Shown here in pieces: positions 1 to 12,189 of a stretch of 64,000 nucleotides of DNA. The translations under genes were made by a program, and so were the position numbers. Under the pieces are notes generated by a model. It was not told the DNA's origin. It saw only the letters and a program-made list of their open reading frames with translations, and made no database searches. Source of the stretch: Minutocellus sp. GHC0000111 (taxonomy: Eukaryota); contig OZ361258.1 of the NCBI GenBank assembly GCA_977018835.1, positions 2,914,001 through 2,978,000 on the forward strand. The letters run 5' to 3'. Each line of letters starts with the position of its first letter. Within the stretch, counting starts at the first letter, position 1.

Positions 1-1053
1 AAAGGATACAAGGAAGCTCTCGTCGGCCTACAGCGGATGTTCCGAAAGAACTTTCGTACGAGCCCCCTACCCTGCCCCAGGCCCACGTGCGACAATGCCA
101 ATATGCATGTCTGGCTCAGCTCAAAAGAACTCAACCGGATGTTCATTACTTTCTACTGCACCAAAAGCCACCGACAGGACAATGAAGATCACGAGGACTG
201 GGATGAGGAGGATATGGAGAAACACTACCAGGCAAATCCCGATACTGGCATCCTCGATGATTGCAGTGTCAAAACCTGCAAAAAGCAATTTGATTTTGCC
301 GATTTTACCATTTGCAGTGAGTACGATCGCACGAATGTGAGAATGATTGGGTAGCATGAACTGCATTCGCCGTCTTTCTTGTCTCACAAACTCAATCGTT
401 TCTGCTCCTACAATTGCATCGTGTGCTGAACTGAAGCAACTTGCTATTATTCTATTGAACCCAATACTTGCTGCTCTGACTGCCTCAAGTCAGAAAATGC
501 TATGAAAAAATGCACCATGTGCAATGGAGCAATGTGCGCCCGCTGCGAACGCTTTGATCACTATCTTGAAGAGGACGGCGAAGGGCAGCTTATTGTAGCG
601 AAATGCGAATCCTGCAAGGTGGTGGCTTGCGGCCTTTGCAGGGAGCAATCCAAATGCGAAGATTTCCTTTGCAACAACCATTCCCGTTGGTTCTGCTCTG
701 ATTGCTCAGGGGTAAAAGCGTGCTCAAATTGCCAGAAGACACGTTGCGAAGAGTATTGCCTCACTTCCTGCGGATCCTGCGGTGATGTCTTCTGCAGTGG
801 AAGCGAGTACTATGATCGCTACTGTCTCCGTGAGCTCAAGAGCTGTGTCCACTGCTTCCGCTCGTTCTGCCGTAAGGATGCGTGCACCAACGTGAGAAAG
901 TGCAGTGTAAATGGCTGCGTCATGTCCGTCTGCGATCTTTGCGTCGCGGACGGCAAGGCCAAGAAGATGGCCAAGTGCAAGCACTGTGGCGATCGTGTGT
1001 GTGAAAGCTCTGGCTGCCGTAAGGCTCATCGCAGACGCTGCCGTGGCCGATGA
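1..1053 (+). CDS. Cys-rich (multiple CxxC) hypothetical protein, 5'-partial, one intron (317-436)
   Basis: The frame is open from the window start to a GTGAGT donor at 317. An AAG acceptor ending at 436 joins in frame (TIC-TTC) to the ORF running to 1053, which is dense in CxxC motifs. Confidence 0.6.
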
Positions 1054-4000
1054 GGACAGAGCAACTATTAGTGAATTTTGGTGTGCCATTGCATTTAGAA
1101 TACTCGAGAGAAGTGATTATCCATAGGAGGGGTTGGGATATTGAAGAGATTAGAAGGGAGAAGAAGCACGGTGAACGGCCAGGATATGCGAAGGATGGCT
1201 GCATTCTTTTGTAGCTCAAGAAAGAATAAATTGATATTAGAGTACATACTGTTATGCATCATCTATCATCACCTATGTATGTGAGCTTAAGTAGTTGCGT
1301 CTATCGCATCCAAATTACTCCATCTGCTTCTGTCGAATTTTGTTGAGCAATCGGTGCTTCGTCTGCATCAAATCCCCGTATCGCTTCTGAGCTGCCGCCT
1401 CGTTCTTCTCCAGAACTGCAATCTCCTTCTCCAACTTCTCCGCTCGGCTGGCGATGCCTCTGCGTTCGTGCGACATGAGGAGCCTGTACACGGATTCCTC
1501 AATCTTGGCGTGCTGTGTCTCGGCAAAGGTTTGAGCAGCAGCCTCCTGAAGAGCGGCGGCGCGCTTGATGTAGCCACCGTTTTTGATGGCAATCTTTGAC
1601 TCGAGTTTGTCGGCCTTCTTCTTGGTGGCATTGGCAGCCTCTCGCAGAGCCTCGTACTCTAGTTTGAGAGAAGCAAGGTCATCGTCACCGGCGGATGTGG
1701 TCTGCCACCCTTGCTGGCCAAACTTTTGAGCCAGAGCTTCTTGCTCTGCAACTTCAGCATTCTTCGCAGCCAAAATATCCTTGATGGAGTCTTCGTTCAT
1801 GCTGACATACGGGTCACTGGAAGATCTGAGTTCGTTTGTCTTTCAACAAGAGTGGCCTCGGCCTCCCTCTCGAGTAGCGCCTTGGCTTCGTCCAGCTTCT
1901 CCTCCGGGATATAGTCAAGCGGCTGTTCGGGTGGAGGAACAACAGCAGCCTCCTCTGCCGCGGCCTTTCGCTTCTTCTTCTTCTTGGACTTTTTGCCCTC
2001 TGCCTCTCCTTGATCAACCACAACAGGATGGGAAAATGCATCATGCTGAAGAAGACCAATCATTTCCTTTCGGATCAAGGTCTCGGCCTCATCCATATCG
2101 TCGGCAAGAACGACGTCGGTATGGATGGCACCGGCGGGTCGGGGGAGGTCGTGCCTCTTGACGACAGTTGACCTGGCCTCGTACAGCTTGATGGCCTCCT
2201 GTCGGAGCCGTTCAGCCTCCTCAGCCTCGAGATCGGCAGCATCACGCTCGGCAGCATATGCCGACTTGGCCCTTGGTCCAACGGCGGCATCATCTTCGTC
2301 CTCCGGGATGACATCCGGAGCAGCGAGCTCGTACTCAAACTGCGGAACGGGAAGAGCAGCAAGGGCCAGTTCGAGCTCCCTTCGGGCCCTCTTGGCCGCT
2401 CGACGCTCCTGGCGGGCAATCTCCTTGATGGACAGGGTACCAGCGGCACTGGTGGCAAACGACGTGCCACCTACCGACGCACCGTCATCCATCACCGACA
2501 TGCCAGACGCACCAGGATGAAGCTGGGAGCCGGGACGATTGAGGCCCAGTTGATCACGGGGGGCAAGGCTCATGGGAGTTTGGCTCGCCGCGGCACGATC
2601 ACCGCCGATCATTGGCGTGGCGGCATGGGCCGACGCTGCCGCAGCAGCGGCGGCAGCAGCACCTGCCTCACCGGCAAGGAAAACACCGGTACCGGCACCG
2701 CCCTCGGCGAGCATGGGGTTCTCCCCACCCAACAACGGCGTTTGACCTTTCTCCAGCATGCGCAGGTTGGACGCCTCCCTCATGATGATCTCCTGACTGG
2801 ACATCTTCTGACCACCGCCCCCAACGGCGGGCGTGCGCATGGGCGTCGGCAGAGGACGGTCGGCATAGTCCCCAAGAAGGGCATCGGTCGCACCACCACC
2901 TCCACCAGCGGCGGCCGCCGCCGATCCAGCGGCAGCATCCCGACTGAGACGAGCGACTCGGCCCAGCTCCTCGTCCGTGACGGCCGGTTCGGGCATCTTG
3001 AGCTCTCCGCGTTTTCGGGCCGCGATGGGATCATTGCGCTTGCTCACCTCGGCCACAACGTACTGCATGTTGGACCTCTCGAGAGAGCGGAGACGAGCCT
3101 CCTCCTTCTTTTGCATCTTGGCCGCCTCGGCATCGCGGGAGCGGTACTGCGCCTCGTTGATCTTCTTGTAGTCCACGTCCCGGAGGCGCTTGGTCCGGAT
3201 CTGCTCGGCACGGTCGTCCTCGTCCTCGGTGGCATGAAATCCCGCCGGGGCGGGTTTGTGGAAGGGTATCTCCACGCCGAGATCGATCTCCCTCCGCCGC
3301 TTCTTCCCACCCCGCGCCTTGGTCCGGGCGGCCCCGCTGAGCAGACCGGCCTGCTTCAGTTCGCGCCGCTTCTGCAGGTCGGCCAGCCGCTTGGCCTCGG
3401 CCAGCATCTTCTCACGGGCCTTGCGCTTGGCCTTCTTGCCCTGCGTGTTGGCCAACCGAGCTCGGGCCTCCTGGAGCATCTCGATCTCGTCCTCGTCCAT
3501 GTCGATGGGATCGGGCCGGGCGGGCTTGGTTTCGGGATGGGTGTCGATCTCCACCGGACGGAGGCGGCGGGCACCCGACCCTCCAGCAGCGGCAGCGGCA
3601 GCCGCGTCAGCATCGTCTCCGACCCCGGCCTCTCCACCACCGGCACTGGCCGCCGCGGCCTCGTCCAGAAGCCGCTCGTACCGCTCCTGGCACTGCGCGG
3701 CCGTCCGACCGACGAGGGGACCGATGGTCCGCCACTGGGCGGGCATCAGCTTGGCCAGATGCAGGAGCTTCTCATCCTCGGCGCGGGACCATTCGACCTT
3801 GCGCACGGAGGGGTCGAGCCACTCGTTCCAGCGGGCCTTGCACTGCTTGGCCGATTTGCGATTGAGGAGGGAGGCGACCCGGGCCCACTGCTGTTTGCCG
3901 TATTTCATCACGGCCGCCTTGAGGATCTCATCCTCGGAGTTCTTCCAGACGCCTCCCTTGATGAAGACGCGGACCATGGTTGCGGTATTGGTGGTTTGGT

Positions 4001-5558
4001 TTGTTTACAAGTATGGCTTTGGGAAAATCAACAACCTAATATCAGAAATGAGTCGGTCAGGTCAGGACGGACACAGTCGTGCTGGTTTCGAGTTGCGTTT
4101 CGAGGCCGTCTTCGTGTCGGTCAAGATGTGTCGCGCGCGTCAGGATGTCGTCGGCCAGAATGGGGGAGAGGATACGGATACAACCACGCAATACCAAACA
4201 GGAAGGAACGTATCAGATGCCTTTCCTCTTTTTCAACGCCGAGTTGCTGCTTTATGGGACGATGGCAACGGTACCCGTCGTCGTCATCGTCGCCGCAGAG
4301 CCACGCGTGAAACGCATCGTCCGTGGTCTGGCCGTCGTGATCGCCCCTCATCGCAAGATTTTTTGTTGATTGGCACTTCTCTGGGTTGCTTGCCCTCCTG
4401 CCCAGCAGTGGTCATTGATAAGTCATCTCCACCGCAAGGCGAAACATTACAACTGCCCCTGACAATCTGAACTACATTTAGGAGTATCTTTTACATTTTC
4501 TTTTTGCTTTGGGTGCCGACCCTCTGAGAATCTGACGATCCAACCAGAACCGCATGCGCACCATGAGAGGCCCAAAACAACCCATCACTGCAATCACGGC
4601 AACGACTGCTTTGCTAGTATCGATATTGTCATCGGCCATACCTTACGCTGGCGCCTTCTCTGTTCCAAATGTTCCATCAGCACGTGCATCCCAAACGTCA
4701 CTCCAGTCCAGTCTCTCCAGCGATCCCCTCGGACCGGTACCAGCAACGCCAGCTCGCCAACAGAAAAAGAAGCTCAAGACCTACCAGCGCTACCTCGAGA
4801 TTGCCTGCTGGAAGAACGACGACATTCGCGATCTGCAGCCGGTCCTGCAGGCCGTCGGAGATGCCTGCAAGCAGATCAATCGCATCGTCCAGCGCGCCCA
4901 GACCGACGATCTGTACGGTGCCGCCGTCGGTGCCGATGGACAACAGCTAGACGAAAACGTGCAGGGCGAGGTCCAGCAGAAGCTCGACGTGGTGTGCAAC
5001 AACATTATGCTCAAGAGCTTCTGTGGTTGCAGTTCCAGCATTGCCGCCGTTGCCAGTGAGGAGGAGGATCTGCCCCGCACATGCTGCGATGTCATGGTGA
5101 GCATGAGATAGACCCAATGTTGCATTGCCTTGTTGAATTGCATTCATGATTTTATGTATGTTGGTATCACTCACTCACCAACGATATCACTCCACTTTTC
5201 GCACCACTGGTCTATTTTGGCGTATCTTGGTATGCTAGAACGACTCTGCCTTTGCAGTTGGCGATTATGTGGCGGTATTCGATCCCATTGATGGAAGTAA
5301 GAATATTGATTCGTCTCTTCCTGTTGGCACAGTGTTTGGCATTTACAAGGCGGCACCTGGAACGGAAGCTGGAGAAGCCTCCTTTATGCAGACTGGTGAT
5401 TCAGGTCTTGTTGCTGCTGGATATTGTCTCTACTCGGCAACTACCGTGCTTGTTGTCACGATGGGTTCTGGTGTCGATGGCTTCACTCTTGATCCCGATA
5501 AGGGCGTGTTCCTCCACACGCACGAAGATATTCGCATTCCCAAGACGGGTCCTATCTA
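225..5558 (+). repeat. Copy 1 of a 5334-bp direct duplication
   Basis: Matches 31803-37136 at offset 31578. One difference was seen (C3634 vs T35212). Confidence 0.97.
1315..3977 (-). CDS. CDC5L: Pre-mRNA splicing factor CDC5L/Cef1 (two Myb repeats), frameshifted near 1841-1843
   Basis: Hallmark N-terminus IKGGVWKNSEDEILKAAVMKYGKQQWARVASLL and PETKPARPDPIDMDEDE motif. The C-terminal coiled-coil part (GGYIKRA) lies in another frame (1315-1800); adding one A at GAAAG restores continuity. Confidence 0.93.
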
Positions 5559-5950
5559 CTCGTTCAACCAGCCCCGTCAAGAACTATTTGAATTAATTGA
5601 AGGAAGGAACTAGCGCTAGTGCTGTGAAAACACGGTCCAGTGCACGTTATGTCGGTGCCTTGGTCGCTGATGTGCACAATGTCTTGATCAACGGTGGAAT
5701 TTACGGCTACCCATCAACACGAAGTAATCCCAATGGAAAGCTTCGGCTGTTGTATGAGTGCTGCCCTATGGCTATCATTATGGAAGAAGCTGGAGGCGCT
5801 GCATCCACTGGAGTAGGACGAATTCTTGCTGTTAAGCCGACCGAAATTCACCAACGAGTACCGACGTTCCTTGGCAGTATTGAGAATGTCTTTGAGCTCG
5901 ATCAGTTTCATCAGTACTACGATGACGAGGAGAGCGAAGCAACTGACTAA
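4554..5950 (+). pseudogene. Plastid-targeted class I fructose-1,6-bisphosphatase family gene, intron 5097-5238, disrupted near 5570-5596
   Basis: Signal peptide plus AGAFSV motif; [40 protein letters not shown] and GKLRLLYEC motifs. After YSFN the frame shifts, and a TAA at 5594-5596 precedes the last segment. Confidence 0.85.
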
Positions 5951-6077
5951 TACCAGTGTAGAAATAGACAACTAATGAATGGGTATGCAGTCAATTGCAA
6001 TTGCATTCACCAGCGGCCAAATCAACAAAAAGGAATGTACACCACGAGTCCTCACGCGCATACCCCGCGTGGGAACC

Positions 6078-8062
6078 TTATTCTTCATTCTCCTCTCCAA
6101 GATTGGGAAGCTTTTCTTCCCCCGGCTTTTCAGGGCTCACCTCGATTTTCGTCCATACCGAGTCCCCAAGGAGAGATAATCTCACCTTATCCTCCTTTGG
6201 CTCTTCCTTGGTGGGGGTATCGGCATCTTCCCCCTCCTCGTCCTCTTCGTCTCCAATGTGATAGTCTTCTTCGTCATCCGAGTCGGCAGGCATGCACGGC
6301 GACTTTTCAATTGGTCTGGCGATGTACTTGATGAAGAACGACTCCTCATGAGGGACGACGGGTCCAGCTGAAAGAGCATTGCGGCTATCATCTCCCTGTC
6401 ATCGCCAAAATACTCCTTCAGAGCTCGCTCGTCATCATCCTCAACGGTTTTGTTCGGAATGCAAGGGCTCTCCTTGATGGGGGAAACCAAATGCTTGACC
6501 AGAATCTGATCCTTGCAGAAAACAAGTGGCACAACAATCAATTTGTTGAGCAGAAGGTGCTCCTGGAACATCCGGAAAAAAATGTTTCGCACATCCTCGA
6601 TGCGCTGCTCGAGTGTCCGCGTGTCTTCTCTGCGCTCCTTCTGATAGTTTTCATACCCACCCTGCAGATGGTATTTGAAGTGATCACGTCTCTTGACGGG
6701 ATCATCTCATTCGTCGAATCGTCCCCAAGCCAGCTTAAACCTCATGGCTTTTGAATACATATGCATGGCATCATGATTCGACTGGATGAGGCTCTCGGCC
6801 GCCACTGTTTTCGTAAGGTACCTCCTCGAAAGATACGGAAATCTGACCACTTTGAGAACCTGCACCAGTAGTCCTTCTCGGTTGGTGGTGTCGTGCTTGA
6901 TCCAGGCAATCACAGCCTCATACACAACCATCTCGTTTGGCACCTCCAAACCATCAGAACTCAGCAGATCGACCAACTCCTCGATTGGCAGATCCAGGAA
7001 TAGGTCCGTTGCCGTTACGGTGGACAAATGGCGGCCAATCATGGCCGTTGACGTATCAAGCAAGGCGTCATTGGAGCAGAACCGTGCGACCTTCCATATT
7101 TCCAAACACTTGTCCTGATCCAATTCGTGGAGGAGCAGTTCCGTACATTGCGCCGTGGCGTGCGGCACATCCAGGAAGTAGGCCGCCCGAAGCAGCGGGA
7201 TGGAGGTCTCGTAGTCAATCTTGGTAATGGCCCCGGTATACAAGCTCTCGGCTACGATCTCAAATGTGTCGGGTTGGATGGCCGGCTCAAAGGTCAGGGT
7301 ATGTTCACTGCAAGTGGGATCGTCCGCCAGCAGGTTGCGAAAGTATCCCGACCCACAGGACAGCACTACCTTTTGGAAGTCAAACCTATTCGTTCCACAC
7401 GCAATGGCAATGTCGCACAAGGTTTTGGACTGGTACATTTCTCGTAATTGAGCCGCAAGTTGCAGTGTGTACAGCCCGTCAAAGTCGTGAAGTTCGGCAA
7501 TATTAGCAGCAGCAGCCGACGCGTCGTCGTCGTCTTGCGCAAAGATGACCTTTTGCACCTGGTCAGTCGCTGCCAGCATCGTATTTCTCGCCGCCTTCAT
7601 CGATAGAAGGGGCGAATGCGGTGTTGTCGCGGGGCCGGAGGTGGCGGCGTCGGGCTCAATTGTTGCATCTGCACCTTTGCCAATCTTGTCATCATCATCA
7701 TCATCATCATCATGTGCTTCGGTGACAAGTGAACCAGTGCTGCCTGAGCTGGTCAGCGCACCAGCTGCATTGGCAGACGGCGTCTCCACCGCCAGCTTGG
7801 CCTCTTGATCGAGGGACATCTCGGCCGTCTGTACAAACTTTTGCAAATCACTCGGAACTGCCGATGGCGACATGAAAGGTTCAGGAGTGCTCTCGGTAAT
7901 GGTAGTCGTGGCTGCGGCTCCTGCGGCCGAGTCGGCAGGAGCCGCAGTAGCCGCCGCTGCTTGTTGGGCATCGCTGCTGTTTTGTGCCATCATCATGCTC
8001 GGTGATCCTCCGACCGTAACCTCGTTCCAACCTATTGCTGTTCTCGGACGGAATGCTTGCAT
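6078..8062 (-). CDS. BTB/POZ-BACK domain protein with acidic tail, apparently disrupted
   Basis: LCDIAIACG..FQKVVLSCGSGYFR (BTB) and FLDLPIEEL..NEMVVYEAVIAWIKHD..VRFPYL (BACK). In-frame TGA at 6707-6709 is followed by continuing coding-like sequence, and a frameshift occurs before the acidic ORF 6078-6293. Confidence 0.8.
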
Positions 8063-8265
8063 GCATCAAATATTGTCGCTTCCTGCTTCCTCCCGTCGAC
8101 GTCGACAAAAAGTAGCAATCCCATGACGCGCTGTCTTTTCAGCATCATCGCCGAAACCGGCCGGGCAAGAAAGAACGAAAATGCCACGTCATACTTTAGC
8201 TCTGGTGTTTGTACTTCTTGGAGATGAATGAGATCGATTATCGATTGCATTGAACTACGTACCAA

Positions 8266-8952
8266 ATGCCACATGCCACCTCTGCACTGTGGGCACAAAA
8301 TTGCACCGATCCGAACACGGCCTTCACAACAATGACGGCATCCCGACCAGCTGCTACTGCGTCTGCGTCTGTTGCTTCAGCGGCCAGCAGAATACTGCTC
8401 CAAAAGTGGTCCCCTGATGCTACAATGGCGGCCACCACCTCATCTGCCTCATCTTCGGCATTTGCCAACACCAGCACCACATTCGAATCCATCCGCCGGG
8501 AGGCATGGGAGGTGGCCTACAGCCATATCTATTCAGCAGATGAAATTGGTCGATATTTTGGCGGCGAAGTAAAGGAGGGACGGACGTGGCCGTCAATACC
8601 CTGCCAGCATGAGGAAACGCTGGTTTGTGAGGTTCAACCATCACCACAACAATTTTCATCAACAGCAATATGCGCTTACGCCAAGTGGGGTTGGACTCCA
8701 CATGCACAGGCCGAGCTTCATAGCTTGTACGTTTCCCCCAACTACTGGAATCGTGGCTGTGGATCAATGTTGTGGGATGCCATCATGACGAAATGTCGAA
8801 CCGAACAAGTGCAAAGCATGGATATTTGGGTACTAAAGGCTGCCCGATCGGGAGAATTCTATGCCGCCAGGGGTTGTAAGCGTGTAGCCGAGGGTGACTA
8901 CTTCATTGGTGATAAAAGGGAGACTGCTTTGTGTTATCAATGGGCGCCATAA
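8266..8952 (+). CDS. GNAT-family N-acetyltransferase
   Basis: ELHSLYVSPNYWNRGCGSMLW (motif A) and WVLKAARSGEFYAARG (motif B); intronless. The start may be at a downstream Met. Confidence 0.85.
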   Translation: MPHATSALWAQNCTDPNTAFTTMTASRPAATASASVASAASRILLQKWSPDATMAATTSSASSSAFANTSTTFESIRREAWEVAYSHIYSADEIGRYFGGEVKEGRTWPSIPCQHEETLVCEVQPSPQQFSSTAICAYAKWGWTPHAQAELHSLYVSPNYWNRGCGSMLWDAIMTKCRTEQVQSMDIWVLKAARSGEFYAARGCKRVAEGDYFIGDKRETALCYQWAP

Positions 8953-10262
8953 AGTAAAGTACATCATGATGTTGTAATTTACATTATATTTTATGAATGT
9001 GCTATCTCTAATTAGCAATTCTTCCACACATATAGTAGTAGTTGTCGTATCTCGTCTTGGTGGTATCAAGTACATCCATTTGCTTGTCGTGATCGTCTCC
9101 TACGGCTGGATCGATTGGTCAAGAGCCAAATCAATTGGAATCGCCAGCTGTAAAGCTAAAAGACGTCGAGGCACCACAGGGTAGGCTAGCACTATTCTGA
9201 GCCTTGACGCTGACCGTCGCAGAGTACGACTGCCTCCGAGCGAGATTGATACGCTCCGTCTTGACGACTGTAACATCCTCGCATACGCCAACGTTACTGG
9301 GACTCAGGGGGGTCGAACCGCGGGGTTCTGTACGCCCAAATCAAAGACCAAGCTCTCACCCTTTCCATGTCTCGTCGTATCCAACGCCTGTATGGTGGCA
9401 ACTTGCTTCCCGCTGTTTTCGACATGGTACTCGTACTGGATCTTCACACTGGTTGGGACGATGCCCTGCGACTCCGTCTGATAACCGAGCAAATCGAGCG
9501 CACCGAATCTATTGCCGTACGCCAGCTCGTATCGAGTGCAGTCCATCTTGATGGCCATGCTTTGTCGAATCTTGTTGCCCTTGTCCTGTATCACAATGGT
9601 AATTTGATCTCGCAGCTCTCCGTTGGGCGTATCGGGCAAAACCTTGGCACCAAAGACTTCAAACTCATCGCCTAGACTAATCTGTCGCACGGTATACAAA
9701 TGAGGATGGACGGACCCGTCCGAAGCAGTGCCCAGAACTGTAATTCTGGCCGATTTCAATCCAATCGTCCCATCGAAGGCGCTCAGACATTTGAGATCCC
9801 GGTCTTGATTGTTATTGCCCTCCCAGCACTGTCCACCGGAGAAACGGAAGCGAAGACGCTTGGGCCGCTCGGCACATTGCATCGTGGAGCGCATCTGATT
9901 GCACGGTGTACCGTCGGGTGCGGCACATCGCAGCGTTGCGCTCAGCTGGCATGACTGCGAATTAGGATCGCCACTTTCGGCGCATGGATCGGCCGGCGTC
10001 GGTGCTCGAGTCGGTGGTACTGGAGTGGGAGGCACCGGTGTGGGCGGTACTGGAGTGGGCGCCTTTGTCGGTCTCGAGGTACGAGGTCAGATTCGCGAGA
10101 AATCGAGCGCCCGGTTTTTGACTGCTTTCGAGGGGATTGAAAAGCGCCTCGAAGAATAGTCATGCTGAAATATTTAAGAAAATGGCTATTTTTACTCTAA
10201 TTTTGATTTATCTTCATGTGAAACAATAATTCGGATAAGACTTTAGATTTCAGCGGCTCTAA

Positions 10263-10712
10263 TCAAATGGACGCGTTCGTGCGACGCGACGGTTCGGCCT
10301 CCATCTCGTCTTCATCTTGAACGATGGCATGACACTCGCCTCGGATCGGCAGTACGATGCATTCGTCCCGGATCTCGCACCACAGCCAATCCGGGATGAG
10401 CTTGAGCTTCTTTAGCTCCCGCTTCACGCCGTTGAACTTGTAGATGAAGGTAACTGAGGAGTGGAACATCTCCGCGGCCTTGTCGTACACCGATTCAGTT
10501 ATTGCCACGACATCATCCATGTCGAGGGGCATGTTCTCGGCCCTTATCGCCCGGCAGACGAGTCGACTGACGACATTGAGGAGCATGTGCTTCTCAAAAT
10601 CCTCGGGCCCGTCAATCTTGAGAGTTTTCTCCTGGTCAATGATGATGGCCAAGACAGCGGTGAGCATGTGTTCAATCCATTTGTGTCTCGGGCGGAAGTC
10701 GAAGCTGAGCAT
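10263..10712 (-). CDS. Unknown ~150-170 aa passenger ORF inside the transposon
   Basis: Globular, helical-looking composition with C/G-ending codons. The frame is open upstream to about 10772 and ends about 180 bp inside the left TIR. Confidence 0.55.
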   Translation of the reverse strand: MLSFDFRPRHKWIEHMLTAVLAIIIDQEKTLKIDGPEDFEKHMLLNVVSRLVCRAIRAENMPLDMDDVVAITESVYDKAAEMFHSSVTFIYKFNGVKRELKKLKLIPDWLWCEIRDECIVLPIRGECHAIVQDEDEMEAEPSRRTNASI

Positions 10713-10779
10713 TTCGATGACGCGATCGGCATACTTGGACCGGTATACTGCTTCCCAACGAGTGCCGATGATTCATCTG

Positions 10780-12189
10780 ATTCGGCCGCCTTCCGTTCTG
10801 TCATCGACGATCTTGCAACGGCGACCCGGCGGTATACTGCACCATGTCTCTTTGCAATTGCCAAGTGCAGGGAGCAGGCAAAGGTGGACTATTCGGTGCT
10901 GTCCAGCGCAGAGCATGGTGCACGATTTTCGGGATGGATGAAGGCGTATGGTGCTCTACCTGCATCTGAGAAGGCGATGTGGGAGATGAAGAGGAGATCT
11001 CATCTGGCTATGCAGCCATACATTCGAGATGTTATTGTTGATGCTCTGATACGAAATCCTCGGGAATCTTGGCGGGAGCTGGAGGTGGATGTCAACTTTT
11101 GGTGTTCCTACTCGGCAATACGGCGGTGGATAATGTCGCGGGAAGGGTTCCGGTACTATGCCGAAAGGACCATCCCTCTCCTTACTACACATCAGATGGA
11201 GAAACATTTGGCATTTGCGCGGAAATTCCGAAACAATTGGGGGCTCGGCGGTGGCAAGTTTCTCCTTGTTATGTTCGATGAGAAGTGGTTTTGGGGCTTG
11301 GTTCTTCGATCGTATGCCAAGCAAGTTGCAGAATTGGGTATTGATCCTCGGTCCTTCTCGGCATATCACCGAAATCACATCAACAAGTAAGTGCATGGTG
11401 GTGGCTGTCACTGCCTTGGCTTTTATTGACAGCATTGAGAATGGCGGCATTGCGTTCAAGCTTGGACTTTTTCGGGCTCAGGCGCATAAAATTGCGAGGC
11501 AGATGGTAAGGGAGGTGGTGCGGCAGGCAGATGGTAGAATCAAATATTGCGGCCCGGTGGTTCGGAAGAAAGACGATCTATACCTTGTGGATTGCGCGGT
11601 GACTGGATGCAGCCATGGCACCCTTGATAATCCCAAGTTCCCACTGAAAGCTTTGTTTGAGAACAAGATATTTCCGGATGTTGAGGCTTTGGTCGGACCT
11701 GGCGGAAAGTTTGAAGGCTATGTCCCTATTTTCCAGGGCGACAATGCTGGGCCCCATGCCGAGACTGAATTTGTGGAATATGTGGAAGGATACTGTCGGG
11801 ACAAGGGATGGCGTTGGGAACCTCAGGCCCCGCAAATGCCCCATATGAATGTTCTTGATCTGTCTGTTTTCCCTTGCATGTCAAAGCAGCATACAATGTT
11901 GTGCCGCGATCGGGAGGGGCTGAAGGTTTTGACAGAGGATCAGACTTGGGATGCAGCGGAGGAAGTTTGGATGGGGCTGGAAAACTGGAAGATCGCATCG
12001 GCATACATCCAGGCTCATAGAATTGCAAAGAAGGTAATCGTTGCAAAAGGCAACAATGATTTTCTTGGAAACGGTGAAGGCATTCATGTTGGGGTGCGAA
12101 AGGATTTCAGGCCGACTGAAAATGGCATGGTTCGGATAGATGGGAAAATTATCGCTCCTCCTCCTGCTGATCCAACCATGGATAATTAG
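10780..12189 (+). pseudogene. Mariner-type DDD transposase, frameshifted by a 4-bp duplication at 11385-11392 (start uncertain)
   Basis: MFDEKWF, IFQGDNAGPH and PQMPHMNVLDLSVF match the DEKWF / QQDNA.PH / PNSPD.N.LDLG.F motifs of DD39D plant-type mariners. Confidence 0.88.

Noticed and set aside
411..436. Apparent in-frame TGA (427-429) in the Cys-rich gene
   Set aside because: An intron 317-436 removes it and creates an in-frame CTTC motif.
2517..4470. Long + strand ORFs (597 and 404 aa) and their duplicates at 34095-36048
   Set aside because: Antisense shadows of GC-rich CDC5L with no recognisable motifs.
10461..10775. N-terminal 100 aa of the 309-aa ORF as part of the transposase
   Set aside because: Its composition looks like the antisense read of the passenger ORF; the true start is undetermined.
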